NCBI GenBank assembly: GCA_964016885.1
Contig: OZ024742.1
Coordinates: 320,416,001-320,480,000, forward strand
Reading direction: 5' to 3'
Origin: Eledone cirrhosa
Lineage: Eukaryota
Length of the DNA: 64,000 nt
The position numbers were made by a program, and so were the translations under genes. Of this stretch, positions 1 to 13,936 are shown one piece after another. The notes beneath the pieces are model-generated. The model was not told the origin of the DNA. It searched no databases and saw nothing but the letters and a program-made list of their open reading frames with translations. Numbering within the stretch: position 1 is the first letter of the stretch; every line of letters starts with the position of its first letter.

Positions 1-57
1 TGATAGCTGACTTTTCAAAGAATACTTCAAAAGTAACTAGTTGTGACTTCTCTTGAA

Positions 58-570
58 AATGGACAAAATATGGCATCGTAGTGTTATCAAGTACCTGCAA
101 AAAAAGGGTTTAACCCCCACTCCTATCCAAGGACATTCATGCTGACATGGTTGCTACAATTTGGGGATGACGTTCCAGCTTTATCAACAGTGCAAAAGTA
201 GGCAGCTGAATTTAAGAGAAGGGAGAGTTTTGAAGATAACCAAGGTCTGTACGGCCTGCAACAGCCACCACAGGAAAACATTGATCATGTTCACCACATG
301 GTGATGGATGATAGGTGATTGACTAAATCAAATAGCTAATGCTATTAGCATATCCCGCGAAAGAGTTGAGAATATTCTCCACATTGAACTTGGCATGACG
401 AAGGTTTCTGCTCGGTTGGTGCCACGTCTTCCGACACCCGATCAAAAGCGCACCAGGTTGATCACATCACAGGAGAATCTGACATTGTTTGGAGGCAGAC
501 CCAGCTGGTTTCCTCGAACGTTTTCTAATCCAGGACGAGTGTTGGGTTCATCACTGAACCAGAGACAACG
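58..570 (+). pseudogene. Decayed mariner transposase, N-terminal half
   Basis: Frameshifted translation gives RSVIKYLQKKGLTP..DIHADMVAT..LSTVQK*AAEFK..ENIDHVHHMVMDDR..LGMTKVSARLVPRL (WVPxxL-like motif)..QDECW (first catalytic D). Multiple stops. Confidence 0.85.
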
Positions 571-1584
571 AGACAATACATGTAGTAAATTTATATATAT
601 AAAGTCCCGGGTTCACCATGCTTTTCGTGATGATTTCCTACGAATGAAATAGTTCTAGTCCTGTAGAAACCATTTCTATATTAAATTTGTTGTATACACT
701 ACAGTATTGAGTACCTTACTTACTGAGGTCACCCCCGATTGAATCCAGAGCTATATATATATAAGCTAGCTTTGTTACAATTTCGTGGAGAAACCGAATA
801 TTACTGATACCAACTGTATAACAATGTGCCATGTGCGATTAAAGAAATAACATTAATTCAAAATTATGAATATCATTCAAGTATCTTAGCTGATCGATGT
901 CAGTTTAAATTTGAACACTGAAATAAAAACTATTTTGGATTCTAGTCTCATATGTTTGTTCATTAGTTCGAAGAAAATTTGATTTTAGCGTAGACATCGA
1001 TTATTGATTAATTGCACACATGGCAATACAATTAGCTCTTATTTCTCTTGGATCATTTTTATTGCGTGTTCTATTTTCTCTATATATATTATAAAACAGT
1101 CCATTTTTCTGAGATACGCGTGTTATTCAAGAATTAAAGGGACCTGTCCAAATCATCTCGTCCATATAAACATTATATAATGAATATGGTTTTCAAAAGA
1201 AACAAACAAAAATTAATGAGAAAAAAATAGAAAAAGAGACTACCGGATGTATCATTGTGCTAAGGTGAACGGGGCATTTTCCTGCCAAAAAAAAACTTAC
1301 GATGAATTTTTCAAATGTTTAGGGCCTCATAACTTAACTAGCACAGGGCCTCATTTGTCATAAATCCAGCACTGACAAGAGAAGACGTGCATACTCAATG
1401 ACACGCTACAGCGAAGATTACTGGCGTTACTTTCTAAAATTGTTTTAGACAAGTCAAAATTCATAGCATTGCCACGGATGATAAGCGAGGCTTAGGCGAT
1501 GGAATAGCCAAGCACTCTCACGAACTGCAAGGTTCATGACTGAACCAGAGCTAAACGGTGACAAGAAGGAAACACACGTTAGAC

Positions 1585-3440
1585 CAAAAGTGCTCAAGGG
1601 GGGGGGGGGGGCATATGCACCCCGGGGCGTTTGGGAGCAAGGGGGCGTTAGGGAGCTTTGGGGGAGCGCTAGGGGGACAGCCAGTTAGAATTCTGTCTTT
1701 CCTTCACCGATAACAATGTATTTCATGTCTGAAATTACTGATTCAACCGTAACGAGTTAACACTATGTAGATCTATGTTATTCCCTATTGTATAAATAAT
1801 ATTACAAATAAAAAAAAAAAAAAAAAAAAAAAAAAACAGAAGCGGGTAGTACACACATCTAGGACCACATAATCAAATAATACACACATCTAGGACCATG
1901 TACAACACATAAGCAGGTAATACACACATCTTGGATCACATGCAACACATAAGGAAGTAGCACACACATCTAGGACTACATACAACACACAGGCAGGTAA
2001 TACATACATTTAGGACCACATACAACACACAAGCAGGTAATACATACAGCTGGGACCACATGCAATGCATAAGCAGGTAATACATACATCTAGGACTACA
2101 TACAACACACAGGCAGGTAATACATACATCTAGGACCAAATACAACACACATTGTATCATGTGCTACGGACGACGCAAGAGCAATGGTCGGCCAACATAA
2201 GGATTTCGTCACTCTTCTGAAGAGAGAGAATCTGTATTTACTGTTCATTGTGTCATTCATCGACAACACTTGGCTGCGAAGAAACTCAGCGAGCCGCTGA
2301 GCAAGTCCTTGCAGGTGGCCATTGATGTCATCAATTTTATCTAACGCATTCCCTCAATGAACGAATTTTCCGGCAACTGTGCCAAGATAAGGACGAAGAA
2401 TTCGTCAAGTTGCTCCTTCATACTGAAGTGAGGTGGCTTTCAAAGGGCAAGTGCCTTATTCATTTCTTTGAACTGTTCGACTCTATCATTGAGTTTCTTT
2501 GAGGACGCAACACAGAACTGTACAAGAAAACCCTCGATGTGAGGCAAAACTGCGCCTACCTCACCTACATCTTCGACAAATGCAATAGCGTCATTTTGGC
2601 TTTGCAGGGGAAGAAGATCACCTTGCTTAAAGCAAAAAATGCTGTGAAAACATTCCTAGCCAAATTGAATGTCATCAAAAGGAATCTTTGTTGACGGGAA
2701 TTCTATAATTTTCTTAGTGTCGCCAATGTTCAAAACATAGTAAGCGATGACCAACTCCAAATTTATACCGCCCACCTCCGTGCGCTACAAGACATGAGAG
2801 AACGGTTTGTCGACCTTTTGTCGATGGACATCCCAATGTGAGTAGCAGATCCCTTCATAACTAACGTCGATGATTTGGACGTTATATTTCAGGAAGAATT
2901 CATTCAGCTTCAAGCAGATGACATGATCAAAATTAGATTTCCCAAAATAGGTTAACACCTTTTTTGGATGCAAGAGGAAATTCAGCGTCAATTTCCACAC
3001 CTACATGCAGAGGCTAAGAGATTTGCTCGGCCTTTTCCAAGCTCATACTTAGTCAAGAGGAGGTTTGGCGCTGTTTCCAGACTGTACAGTAAGGCTCGCA
3101 ACCACTGCAATGTAATTACACGTGGAGATCTCTGGCTACATCTTACGAAAATTCAGCCTCACGTCAAAGAGTTAGCTAGACTCCATGAAGCTCAAGGGTT
3201 CCAATGAAATGAGGTCAAAGTTAAAGTAAGTTAATCTATCCGAAAACTTGGATATGCTATTGTTACAAAGCAAACTAACAATTTTTTTTATTTGTAGTTG
3301 CAGTCTGACTGAACTGGAAACCATCTACTACAATTCACTTACTCATTTATTGCATATATTTTACCATTTACTAATAAATATACCCCCCCCCCCCTCCCCG
3401 CGTGGTCATGAAAACCCTCTTCCGTGGTCTCTAAGCTCAC
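1585..3440 (+). mobile_element. hAT (Buster/Charlie/SCAND3-like) DNA transposon remnant; decayed transposase at about 2150-3207
   Basis: Motifs SCATDDARAMVG, HCVIHRQHLAAKKL, LLLHTEVRWLSKG and a C-terminal dimerisation motif FPSSYLVKRRFGAV. Stops and frameshifts present; ends approximate. Confidence 0.8.
1843..2150. repeat. 40-bp minisatellite, about 7.5 copies
   Basis: Unit approximately gcaggtaatacacacatctaggaccacatacaacacacaa, head to tail, following a poly(A) run at about 1810-1836. Confidence 0.9.
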
Positions 3441-4149
3441 AAAACAGAGGGGACATCGAGTTAGATATCAACATTTATTGTCCGTTTCATTAAAGGGAAA
3501 ATTGGAAAGCTTTGAAATGATATAATTGCCACTTTCTTCCACTTGGGATAGACAGAGTTGCTCTTATATAAATGTTCAAAATAGCTGGTATCGCCTGGTG
3601 GGAATATAACAAATTCAACTGGTCCTTATTCATAAAAAAAGAACATTTATGTTCCTTTTTTTAAAATTTATATATTTCCTTTCAAAGAATGTATTTAAAC
3701 TCTCAGCTGCCTGCAATGGTATCTTTGGAATATTGTTAATCAATTTTTTAGTATTCTACTGATATCAAAATCAGTAGTATATTGAAAAATGGAAAAATAG
3801 GGTAAGGAAGCGTTTCGTGATTTCGGGGGACAAAAGGGGGCGTTTGGCCTAAATGGGTTGAGAACCTGTGCGTTAGACAATACAGTCCTAAACACATGCC
3901 AGATAAAAAAAACGCAATAGTTACAACTGGAATAATACCTTTGAGAAGAGGTTTGCTGGATCATGGCTGACCTGTGACAAACCAACAACAACGACTTTGA
4001 TAAATAATTCAGATACAAAGACTAACTGAAATACAGAATGTAGTCTGCAGAGTCTTGTCACTCTTCACCTCTTTAGGCACAACTTCAGCAGAAAATTACA
4101 GTTTACAGTGTGATAAGAGAAGTAACTATATGAAAACTGACAATAATAA

Positions 4150-5078
4150 TTGTTTCTACTTTTTGACACAAGGCCAGCAATTTGAAAGGAATGGGAAAGT
4201 CGATTAAATTGACCCCAGTGCGTTACTGGTACTTTATTTTATCGATCCTCGGCAGGATTTTGAACCCAGAATATAAAGAGCCGAACAAATGCTGCTAAGC
4301 ATTGTATCCGACGAAAGCTCTAACGCGAATGCGCGTCGTCTAGTGGCAAAGGTGTTGGAGTTATGATCATAATGTCGTTGGTTCAATTCCTGGACTGGGT
4401 TGTGTGCTGTGTTCTTGAGCAAAACACTGCATTTTACGTTGCTCCAGTATATATAACCAACTGAAAATGAGTATCAGCAATAGCTCTGCGATGGACTGGC
4501 GTCCTATCCAGGGGAAGGCTTGTACTCTCAATCGCTTCACGCCATGAAACCGAGATAAGCATCGGCCTGATCAGCCTCCGGGCTCGAGACAAACTTTAGA
4601 TTCCACCGCCCTTTAAAAAATAAATTTAGGCACCAGGCCAACGATTTGTGGGGAGGAGGAACGTCTATATTGATCCCAGTACTTAACTGGGTTCTATTTT
4701 ATCGACCTCAGAAAGATGAAAAGCAATGTTGACCTTGGCAATACTTAAACTCAGAATGTAATGAGCCGAATAATAATAGAAGTTCAGCCTTACCAAACAG
4801 TAATAGAAACATTGACAGTAATAATGGTTTCTAACAGTCATAAAGTCACGAATTTTGAGAAGGATGAATATTGTCTATTAAATCGTACCTAATATAATTG
4901 TTTCTACTTTTGGCACAAGGCCACAATTACCCAGTGCATTACTGGTACTTTATTTTATCGACCCCCGTATGGATGAAAGGCAAAGTTAACCTCGGCGGGA
5001 TTTGAACTCAGAATAGCAAGGGCCGTAACTATGCGTCAAAGCATGGCGTCTGACTTTCTACCGATACTGCCAATCCAC
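4150..5078. mobile_element. Cluster of tRNA-derived SINE fragments (about 4150-4325 -, 4330-4598 +, 4630-4770 -, 4905-5078 -)
   Basis: Repeated motif ggcacaaggcc..actggtactttattttatcgac..gaaaggcaaagttaacctcggcgggatttgaactcag (minus sense). The + copy has A/B boxes (ctagtgg..ggttcaattcc) followed by gtgttcttgagcaaaacac. Confidence 0.7.
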
Positions 5079-6961
5079 CAATATAGGTACTCTTGGGTCT
5101 CGAATAATCCCCCTTCCCGCTTATTAATTTTTCAGACCCTGCCCCAGAAATTTTATTTTAAGTAGTAACATTTGCGACATTTAATTTTCTTTATACATTA
5201 AAAATCATTATGCATAACAAAAGAAAGTACATTACTAGAAAACCTATACGTTATAAAATAAATAGGATGGGTTGGGGTCTCAATATGTAAACTAAACGAT
5301 TAATTCTGGCTTTTTAAAAAAGAAATCAACGGAGACAACCTAGAAAAATTGGAAAAGTAAAAAGACATAACTAAATACGGCAAGTCATTTGTCCGCTGCT
5401 CTATCACTAACATAAGGAAGTGGGCTGGGTTTAGAAATTGGCTTCATAATTATGTGGATTCCACTAAATCATTGTACGTAAAATTTGTTAGACGGAAATT
5501 GTATGAGGGCGGGGAGGTCCGATAGAGTTGTCAATATCACGGTCGGAATGTCTTTGGTCATAAGACTGGCGCAATCATGGCCGACCTGGTGCTAAACACC
5601 AGTAACAACCACCAGCTACTTACTGGTTCCTGAAATAGGTCTTCGCCACGAATAAATTTCATTTGACATGATATAGAATAAAATAATATAAATAATAACT
5701 CACCGTGCAGCATTTTACGCATACATCTTTTCAAAGTCTGAACAACATTTATATTCCGAGGCATTGGCAGTTAATTTACCAGTATTTCTTCTTAAAACTA
5801 CTTGTATACGATAAAGTTGAGATCAAAACGGATGTACCATGAATGACGAAAAGACCGGACATTGAAAGTATTATATAGTAAATGAGTTTATTTTAACATG
5901 GGGGAAAGGAAGAGGTTAAGTAGTTATTAACTGTTGACTTTTTTTTTTTCGGAATAAGTGGTTAAAGTTGGATGTGATTAATTGAGGTTTCAATGGTACA
6001 TTCCTGTGTTATAGCATGCGTGCCAATAGTTTTCAATTTTTACATAAATATAGGGTTGATAGGAGAGGCAAAACAGAAACTTGTGGCTTTCAAACCTTTG
6101 TCGAGGATATGAATATGAAACAGCTTTTGATGGGAGTCGAAACTAAGCCGTGAGCTTAAAACTACTTCATTGCGCTCGCCATCAATATTAATGGGACTAA
6201 AGCGTTTTAAAGAGACGCTGAAATATAGAAACTCTTTTTAAATTTCTAATCCATTGAATAATACATTTACAATGAGAAGTAATTGGGTATTTAAACATAA
6301 TTTAAAACTTCTGGTACGAAATGTGCGGACACTATTTGGGAATAAAAGAATGTTAGACTTTCTGACTCCTGGGAATGATGTGTATACCGAGAGAAAGATA
6401 CATACCAATGTGCATTAAAAGTAGTTTAATAAAGGGGGATCTTTCACATTAGGTATGTAAAATATAAATCTTTAAAATATGCGTGCATGTGTACCATACT
6501 GTATTACAGAATATATCTATAGTTATTTAGCCAATACTAAAACGCTGATTAACCTTGTTCTATACAAGTTATGAATTTTGTTTCCCATCTTGAGAAACCT
6601 TGTAAGCTTCGAAGTTCCTTTATTTTCATATCTTATATTTCATGTAGAATTTCTTAGTATGTATTAAGATATCTAAGATGTATGCCGTAGCAGAATTTTC
6701 CCCAAATGTTGTGCAATTCAGTCCTTGCCGAATGCTTGTTGGAAAAGGTGTGTAATTTGAACTCAGAAAACAAAGAGCAGGATCAGATACCATAAAGCAA
6801 CATGTCTGTCGTTCTAACAATTCCATAAATCCAACTGGACTAGTATTTTATCAAACCCGAAAATGATCTCGGTGGGATTTGAACTCACAACATAGAGAAC
6901 AACCAACAAATACTGCAAAGTTAGTGCCTTGAGGATTCTTAGTCAATTCGCAGCCTATATG

Positions 6962-7055
6962 TACAGGGTGTGTTCTCCCCCCCCCCCCAATATATATATA
7001 TATATACACTTTGATTAGAATGCTGTTTAAGTGTATACATTTTTTGGACACAAAC
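6962..7055. mobile_element. Short Tc1/mariner-type MITE remnant, same family as 19990-20087
   Basis: tacagggtgt...tatacactttgatt.agaatgctgtt..gtgtatacatttttt.ggacac is shared with the 19990 copy. Confidence 0.5.
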
Positions 7056-7056
7056 A

Positions 7057-7092
<36 letters not shown>

Positions 7093-7629
7093 AGCTAGCA
7101 TTGGTTGAATGGGTTATAGGAGGTTCGAATCAGTTTTTATTTGGAATTTCTATCCTACTAGACTGATTGAAGGACCATATCTCGCTTGTACTTTCCATTT
7201 CTGACATGGTTTCTATGGTTGGATGTGCCTCCTAACATCAATTACTTTAAGAAGTATGCTGGGTGCACTTTATCTTTGCACCAGTATAAAAGAATGTTTT
7301 ATCACCTGCAAGACTAAACATTCGTCTCTATGTTGTTTATGATGGTAGGGGGTTGAGTAATAGAAGAAAGGCTGTGATAGCTACAAGCTGGTTATTGATA
7401 AAAAGACAGAACTGAGGAACAGCATGAGCAGCATGATGAGGTATCACTAAAGATGGGTGATGGTAAGCAAGGTTGGATAATGGATAACACTAAAGATAGT
7501 CACATGGAGGAGATAGAGAGAGTGATCCAAGTCTAGATTTTTCTGTCTTCTACAGACTATAAGAACTAAGTTATCATTGTTATATCATGGTGCGGGGGAT
7601 TAAGACCCGATGGACTCCTACTACCATGT

Positions 7630-8334
7630 TAAATTCATGGCTGAATTCATCACTGACTCTCATTGTGTTGGCTGCACCTCTCTATACGGTTTGTACGTTA
7701 TTCATTAGGTATTTATCCCCTTAAATCCCGTAGCGATGACCAGAATACAGAGCGAGAATCCCTATCAAAGGCCTTTTTCAGGTTCATGTATCTATAAGAG
7801 CTTATTTTCAGTTAATTACTTCTGATAATTATCCTACTAGAAAGATGACATCAGTAGTACCTCTTCTTGGCACACAGCCGAACTGCCTCCCATCTATCAT
7901 AATTCTGTTCCTAATCAGTTGTACAATAATTCTTTATGTGACTTTCATAAACTTGTCCAACAATTTGGCACCTCTGTAACTGACTCTTTCTGTGGCAGTA
8001 AATAAACACTGATACGCTTACGTCAACAATGTACTACCTGATTGACCATGTGAGCTACTAGTAAGTACTCTACTTCGCCAGATATTTTAAGCATTTCAGC
8101 GAGAATTTTTGATGTACCAACTGTTTTCCCTTCATCTACTAAATTCCACTTGCAATCATTATGTTGTCCGTATACAATCCCCCCAGAGCTTCGAAAGAAA
8201 TGATAAAAGTTTATCATTTTACCTCTCTCCTCAATCACGATGGCTGTGTGACGAGGGATTGTATCAATTCTGTTCGTATCTATCTTATACACCTTACCAT
8301 CACTATTCTGTACTTCTAGCAATCGCACCCCCAA
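7630..8334 (-). pseudogene. Old degenerate RTE reverse-transcriptase fragment
   Basis: Minus-strand remnants resembling LAEMLKISGEV..IVNQVV, KLLDKFMKVT, QFGCVPRRGTTDVIFLV and EKAFDRI. Confidence 0.65.
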
Positions 8335-8399
8335 TTCTTTCTCAAATCACTCATTATTGACACCCAACACACTCTCTGGCCATTGCCCATCTCTACTAC

Positions 8400-9500
8400 T
8401 ACCTGTTGTAAACATCTCTCAAACTAGTATCAGTAGGTGCCTGAATTTCAGCCGCATTCTGACCCCGGCCATTCAATAGCCGCAGTTCTTTTAGTAGTAA
8501 AGCCCTCGTATCTTTGGTTGTCTGATAACTTGCCCCGTTCGTTTAGATCAGCTTGATGGTATTTATGTTTCTCAGTACAAGATCAGTAGAACCGTCAGCT
8601 CCCACTTCATGACACGAATATGTCTGCAATGTTGTTCCTGCAGATGAGTTATGTACTCCAGCAAATGCCATCGCCTCGACCGTAGATGGCACCAGCTGTA
8701 AAACCACTTTTCAGGAAACCGCAAATAGGTGCTATCCCGGCCAAATTGCATTCAGTGTATAGCTCCAGAAATTGTCCACTGGAGTTGTGATTTTCTTTTC
8801 CGAAGTGATCTAATGCACGGTCCCATGTTTGGTAATCCCTCTCCACTCTTGCATTAAGATCCCCTAGGACAAGCAGCTTGTCGGCTGGTGGCACTGTCCA
8901 AGTGTCTATGCAGTGACTCGTAAAAATCTTCCTTTTTATTCTGCATATTTCCCCTTGAAGGAGCATAGGTCCTGAAAACAATCATGTTTTGGTTTCCATC
9001 CAGAGTCAATCTCAACTTCATTAGCCTGTCAGATATAGTAATAGGAAGCGACACCAGTTTGCTAACAAGTGTATTTATTAGCAACGGCTATGCTAACTCC
9101 AACCTCGCTCCGTATCATTATTTCCTGACCAGACGGTGAATTAATTGGCAGTATCGGTAGAGGGTCGGACGCCATGCTTTCTAGCATAGTTACGTCCCTT
9201 TACAGTCTGAGTTCAAATCCCGCCGAGGTTAACTTTGCCTTTCATCCTTACGAGGTCGATAAAATAAAGTACCAGTAATGTACTGAGTTGTTGTTGGCCT
9301 TGTGCCTAAAGTAGAAACAATTATTTCCTGACCAGAAGAAGTTGTAGTTTAGCTCTCTTAACACTCATTGTCCTCTCAGTCATGTCTCTGGCAGGGTTGC
9401 GATGCCTATGCCATAACGCATCAGCAGTTCTTCGTTCTGGACTTCAAGAATTGAATATATCCAGCATCGTTCTGACGTTTTAACATGCTAAAACTAAACT
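8400..9500 (-). pseudogene. Degenerate RTE (BovB-like) AP-endonuclease fragment, interrupted by a SINE
   Basis: ISDRLMKLRL, YAP, KEDFYESL, DKLLVLGDLNARV and HFGKENHNSSGQ motifs across frameshifts. Confidence 0.75.
9134..9319 (+). mobile_element. tRNA-derived SINE with target-site duplication
   Basis: B box gagttcaaatcc and body ttcatccttacgaggtcgataaaataaagtaccag. Flanked by the direct repeat attatttcctgaccaga (9117-9133 and 9320-9336). Confidence 0.85.
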
Positions 9501-11531
9501 AATGTGTTTACTTATTTTTTCTTTCCTTAATTTTGACCACAATCATAGAGTGGGTGTATTACCCCATACAATATATATATATATATAGTGGTATACTGTG
9601 TTCAATACATCAAACTTCTGGTCTTTAAGACTTTTAACGGCCCCACTAGATGGTGTCGTAATACAAGGGAGATAACCAAAGAAAAAATTCAACCGTAGAA
9701 TATGAGGGACATAACCAACTGTTTCTACTCTCCAGTCCTGTGTTTATTTTTAATGAAATATACTACCAGTAACAAATTGAAAATTCAGTCTAAAACATTT
9801 TTCTTGCTAACTTTTAACAAAGAGTAGGAGGAAAGAAAGGGTGGCACGTTAAATATAAAAAAATGTATTTACTACATAACCACTGGTTTATAGTTTAATT
9901 CTCTCGATTAAAGTCATAGGGAAACAGCGGCCCGTTTGGCTTTCTGAATGGCATGCCTAACTTCAAAATTGCCTTGAATTTTTTTAATAGTGCGAGTCAC
10001 TTTATGATGAACCGTATTCTATGCAGCCCACCGCGAAAAAAAGAAAAAAAAAGGTCATGCCTGCATTACACTATGCCACCCAGCGTAATCGTTACATGTC
10101 ATAATATCATAAAAACTGCCCTGGTTCGATATGAAACAATAAACGATGTAATTGGAGGAAACAAAATGACAACCGTAATGAAAATAGTTTAAAAAAAAAG
10201 AAAAGGAATATGATCTACTATGAAATAGTGGAAAGTATTGAAACCTAATAGACAAGAGGATGAGTCGTTTACGATCGGTGAAAGGAAACGTGTACAAGAT
10301 GTTTTGCGAGATTCGGTTCACCAAATGCTTAGCACTATGTGTGTACGTATGTGTGATAAAACTGTGATCGTGATTTTGTCGTGAAATAGCTATGGTTTGT
10401 TTTTTAGCCCCAGACCAACCTTGGTCACGCTCCTCTGCTCGACCAAGACTGACTTAGGGCTAAGCCATCGTGGGAGTTTTTATGTGATCGCTTGACTTAT
10501 TAGAGTTAACAATCACATTTCCCTGAAACGAAAGGATATCACGTCAGGGAATTTTGACTGTCATCACGAAAGGATACCATTTCAGGGAATTTTGACTGTT
10601 AATTCTAGCATGTCGAGCGATCACGTAAAAGCTCCCTCGTTGGCCCGTGGTTGTGTTTTATTGTTATTATTTAGCCCTAAGTCAGCCTTGGTCGAGCAAA
10701 CCTATGATCAAAGACATTCCAAACACGACTAGCTCGTCATGCTTGAATATGTATGACTACATTGTCCAATGTGACCTTCTTTTTCGATGACACTAGAGTG
10801 TAATTTTAGGAATATTTAGCTGCTATTTCTAATAGGTCAATGATTTTGTGTCTTTCATCAGCTAAAAACAATAAATGTTACCGTGAAATACGATACTCAC
10901 AATAAAATTAAAGGTAAAAAAAAATACCCAGAAAACAAGAAAGTATGGAACTCACAAAATATTCACAATTTAAATGTAAATCCATTATCGTATTCAATAA
11001 GAAAGAATCCGTCGACCATGTTTCGTTAACCACAAGTTTATCATATATATTATATATTATTGTCTCATATTTGAATTGCAGGAGCTGGTCAATTTGTCTC
11101 TTTGATTTCTCTCCCTAGTTTTCAGTCGAGACTCGAGCTGAATAATCTTTATGTATTTGTGTATTTATTATTTGGCATATTATTGTTTGGTGCACCGTTT
11201 ATTACTTGTCGGTATTTCTAGCTCTTGGCGAATTAAAGCTAAATGTAGCCGACCAGCAACATATATTCGAGTTGTAGAATTTTATTAATAATAGATAGAT
11301 AGACAGTAAGTGATATATATATATATATATAGTTAGAGAGACAGAGAGTCTGTATGTGCTTGTGTAAACCCTTACAACATGTAGAAAAGAATGCATTGAG
11401 ATGGGAAAACAGCTGGCTTATCCGAAAACAATAGCCACTTAGTTCAGCAACAGAGCTAAATCATAAAATCCAAAGAGGGCTCGATAAGGATAAATATATA
11501 TCAAATATATAAGAACCCTAGAGCAAATATT

Positions 11532-11666
11532 TATTAAAATAACAGATTAAAGTTTAAGCAAAGAATTGGTGCTTTCACCCTTAACGGGATCTTCTGAAAC
11601 TGAAGAAGATCCCGTTAAGATGAAAGCAGCGATTCTTTGCTTAAACTTTAATCTGTTATTTTAATA
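11532..11666. repeat. Near-perfect ~63-bp inverted repeat with a hammerhead-like core, abutting (TA)n
   Basis: Arms 11532-11594 and 11605-11666. Core reads ctgaaga(aga)tcccgttaa(gggt/gat)gaaagc. Confidence 0.75.
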
Positions 11667-11869
11667 TATATATATAGTGTTGAACAAACGAGCAACGATG
11701 GTTGCTGGACACTACGGCTTAATGCGGGATGTTTGTTTACAAACACACCGAGCATTATAATAAATGTTCGGTGAATCCATACGTACATATATATACGTGT
11801 GCATGTATGTATATATATATATACATACTACTGTACGTCTGTATACATATATGTATGTACGTGTACATA

Positions 11870-11904
<35 letters not shown>

Positions 11905-11908
<4 letters not shown>

Positions 11909-12349
11909 TTATCATCATCGTTTTACGTCCGTTCTTCCATGCTAACATGGGTTAGACGGGTTGTCTTGTTGTGGGCAGTGTCTGGTTGGTTGACCATGTC
12001 TTGCTCATACAGGAACTGATTTTGGCTTGATTTCTACAGCTGGATGCCCTTCCTAACACCAACCTCATTTACAGTGCGTACTGGGTGCTTTTTTTCCGTG
12101 GCGCCTACACGTCCACTTTATAGTGTGGGCTGGGTGCTTTTTTACCGTGGCACCTCCACGACCACCTTGCAGGGGAGGGTATGGGGAATATTGTCTATAT
12201 GCTTCAGCTTGTACCCTTGGGAGGTCGGGTAGTCTGTATTACTGTGTGACGCCAGAGGTCACGGTCGTGTGTCATCGCCTTTGAGAGGTGTAATTGGGTA
12301 AGGTCGGCTTTTATCACCTCATCCCAGGTCTTCTTGGGTCTTCCCACTC
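11905..12349 (-). mobile_element. RTE family A, 3' fragment
   Basis: (CAT)n tail next to (TA)n, family-A 3' UTR, and ORF end GRPKKTWDEVIKADL. Confidence 0.9.
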
Positions 12350-13881
12350 ATCTAGCGATGAATTTTCTCACTTTTATATGTATAAATAAAGTCACACTTC
12401 ATCTCGATCAGAGACAACATTGGGTGTTAAATAAAAACTATGAGAGAAAATTAAAACATGCTTCAATAAGTTTTCATATCTGTTAATAATAATAATGATA
12501 ATATCAAACAGGAACTTATAAACCAGACAAACATAGGTACGTATATATATATATATATGTGTATACACATGTGTGTGTGTGTATATTAAACAGGAGCATC
12601 TGAACAAATGAACATATGTATGCGTGTGTGCACACACACATATATATATACACATACACACATATCACATATATATATATATATATTAGACAACAACAAT
12701 AAGCAACTAACTAAAAGCGTTAATTATGTTCCTGAAGTTTCTACCTTTGACATCCACAAATGCAAATATACAGACACAAACACTCCAACATCCGACACAC
12801 AGGCAGAAAAATATTTGGCTTTCATTCTTTGTGCCAATACATATATATTTATATTGGGTGTATACACATGTAAACATGTTATATATATATGTACATTGGG
12901 TATATACACATGTAAACATGTTATATATATCTATACATGTCAGAACACAGGTTAACTGAGACTGCAAACATGTGTGTGTCTGTGTGTATATATATCAGAA
13001 TGGATTCAGTTAGACCATTACTCTCCAGAGTACTCAATACTTAGAGTAGTAGAGCATTGTTATATGAATGAGTCAGAACTCCCACTCATTCATATAATAT
13101 ATATACACACACACATATATATATATATATATACACAGACAGACACATTGAGCATATTAGACAGTAAACATGTCAAATTTACGTATTTCCCCATAAATAG
13201 AAAAAATGACAAATATCCCTAATCGACTGACAACCCTTAATGGGGGGGGGGGGTCATCAGAGGATATGTACATAAAACAAGCACAAAGAAATACGTAAGT
13301 GAAGGCCTTATATTTATGTATGTTTTTTTGTTGGTCATGATCAAACAGTTAGGGTTGCCCTATAGAAGGGCTCCCTAAATACATACATACACTCCCCTCC
13401 GCCCTCTATATCAGTTGATCTGATACACCTCCTTCCAATCACTGACATCCAAGACCACATTCAGAATAACTAAATGCCATCCACCGGTCTAATAAACCCC
13501 TAATGGTTATATTGTGTCCATTGTTCTGGCTATCCTATTCCAACTGTAGATGGGACCTGATGCCCTCATCCACAGTCTATATTAACCCTTTACCATCTAC
13601 ATTACTCTATATTTACTATTGTATTTTCACAGTAAAGGCTTTACCTCACATAAATATCAAATCTATGAGATTTTGATATTTATTTTGAGAACACTAGCTT
13701 AACATTGGTATGAGTGGCTGGTTACAGCCAGTTTGAACAGAAATAGGTGAGAGAGTTCTGACCATGCACAATGTTCCTGTGTATGATGATATTTAGAAAG
13801 GCTTAACTCTTTAGTATTTACATTACTCTATATTTACTATCGTATTTTCATGGTAAAAACTATATCTATATATATATATAC

Positions 13882-13925
<44 letters not shown>

Positions 13926-13936
13926 ATATATTAATC

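Noticed and set aside
620-660. Hammerhead-like gtgatga-tttcctacgaat-gaaa
   Set aside because: The core C is replaced by G and there is no convincing stem I or III; at most a decayed relic.
1843-2150. CRISPR-like regular repeats
   Set aside because: Units are contiguous with no unique spacers, there are no cas genes, and the context is eukaryotic: a minisatellite.
5530-5612. Possible second coding exon on the minus strand
   Set aside because: Matches a dispersed repeat (tttagcc..aggtcagc..tgat..caaagacattcc) also seen near 10400, 10670, 17620 and 17800.
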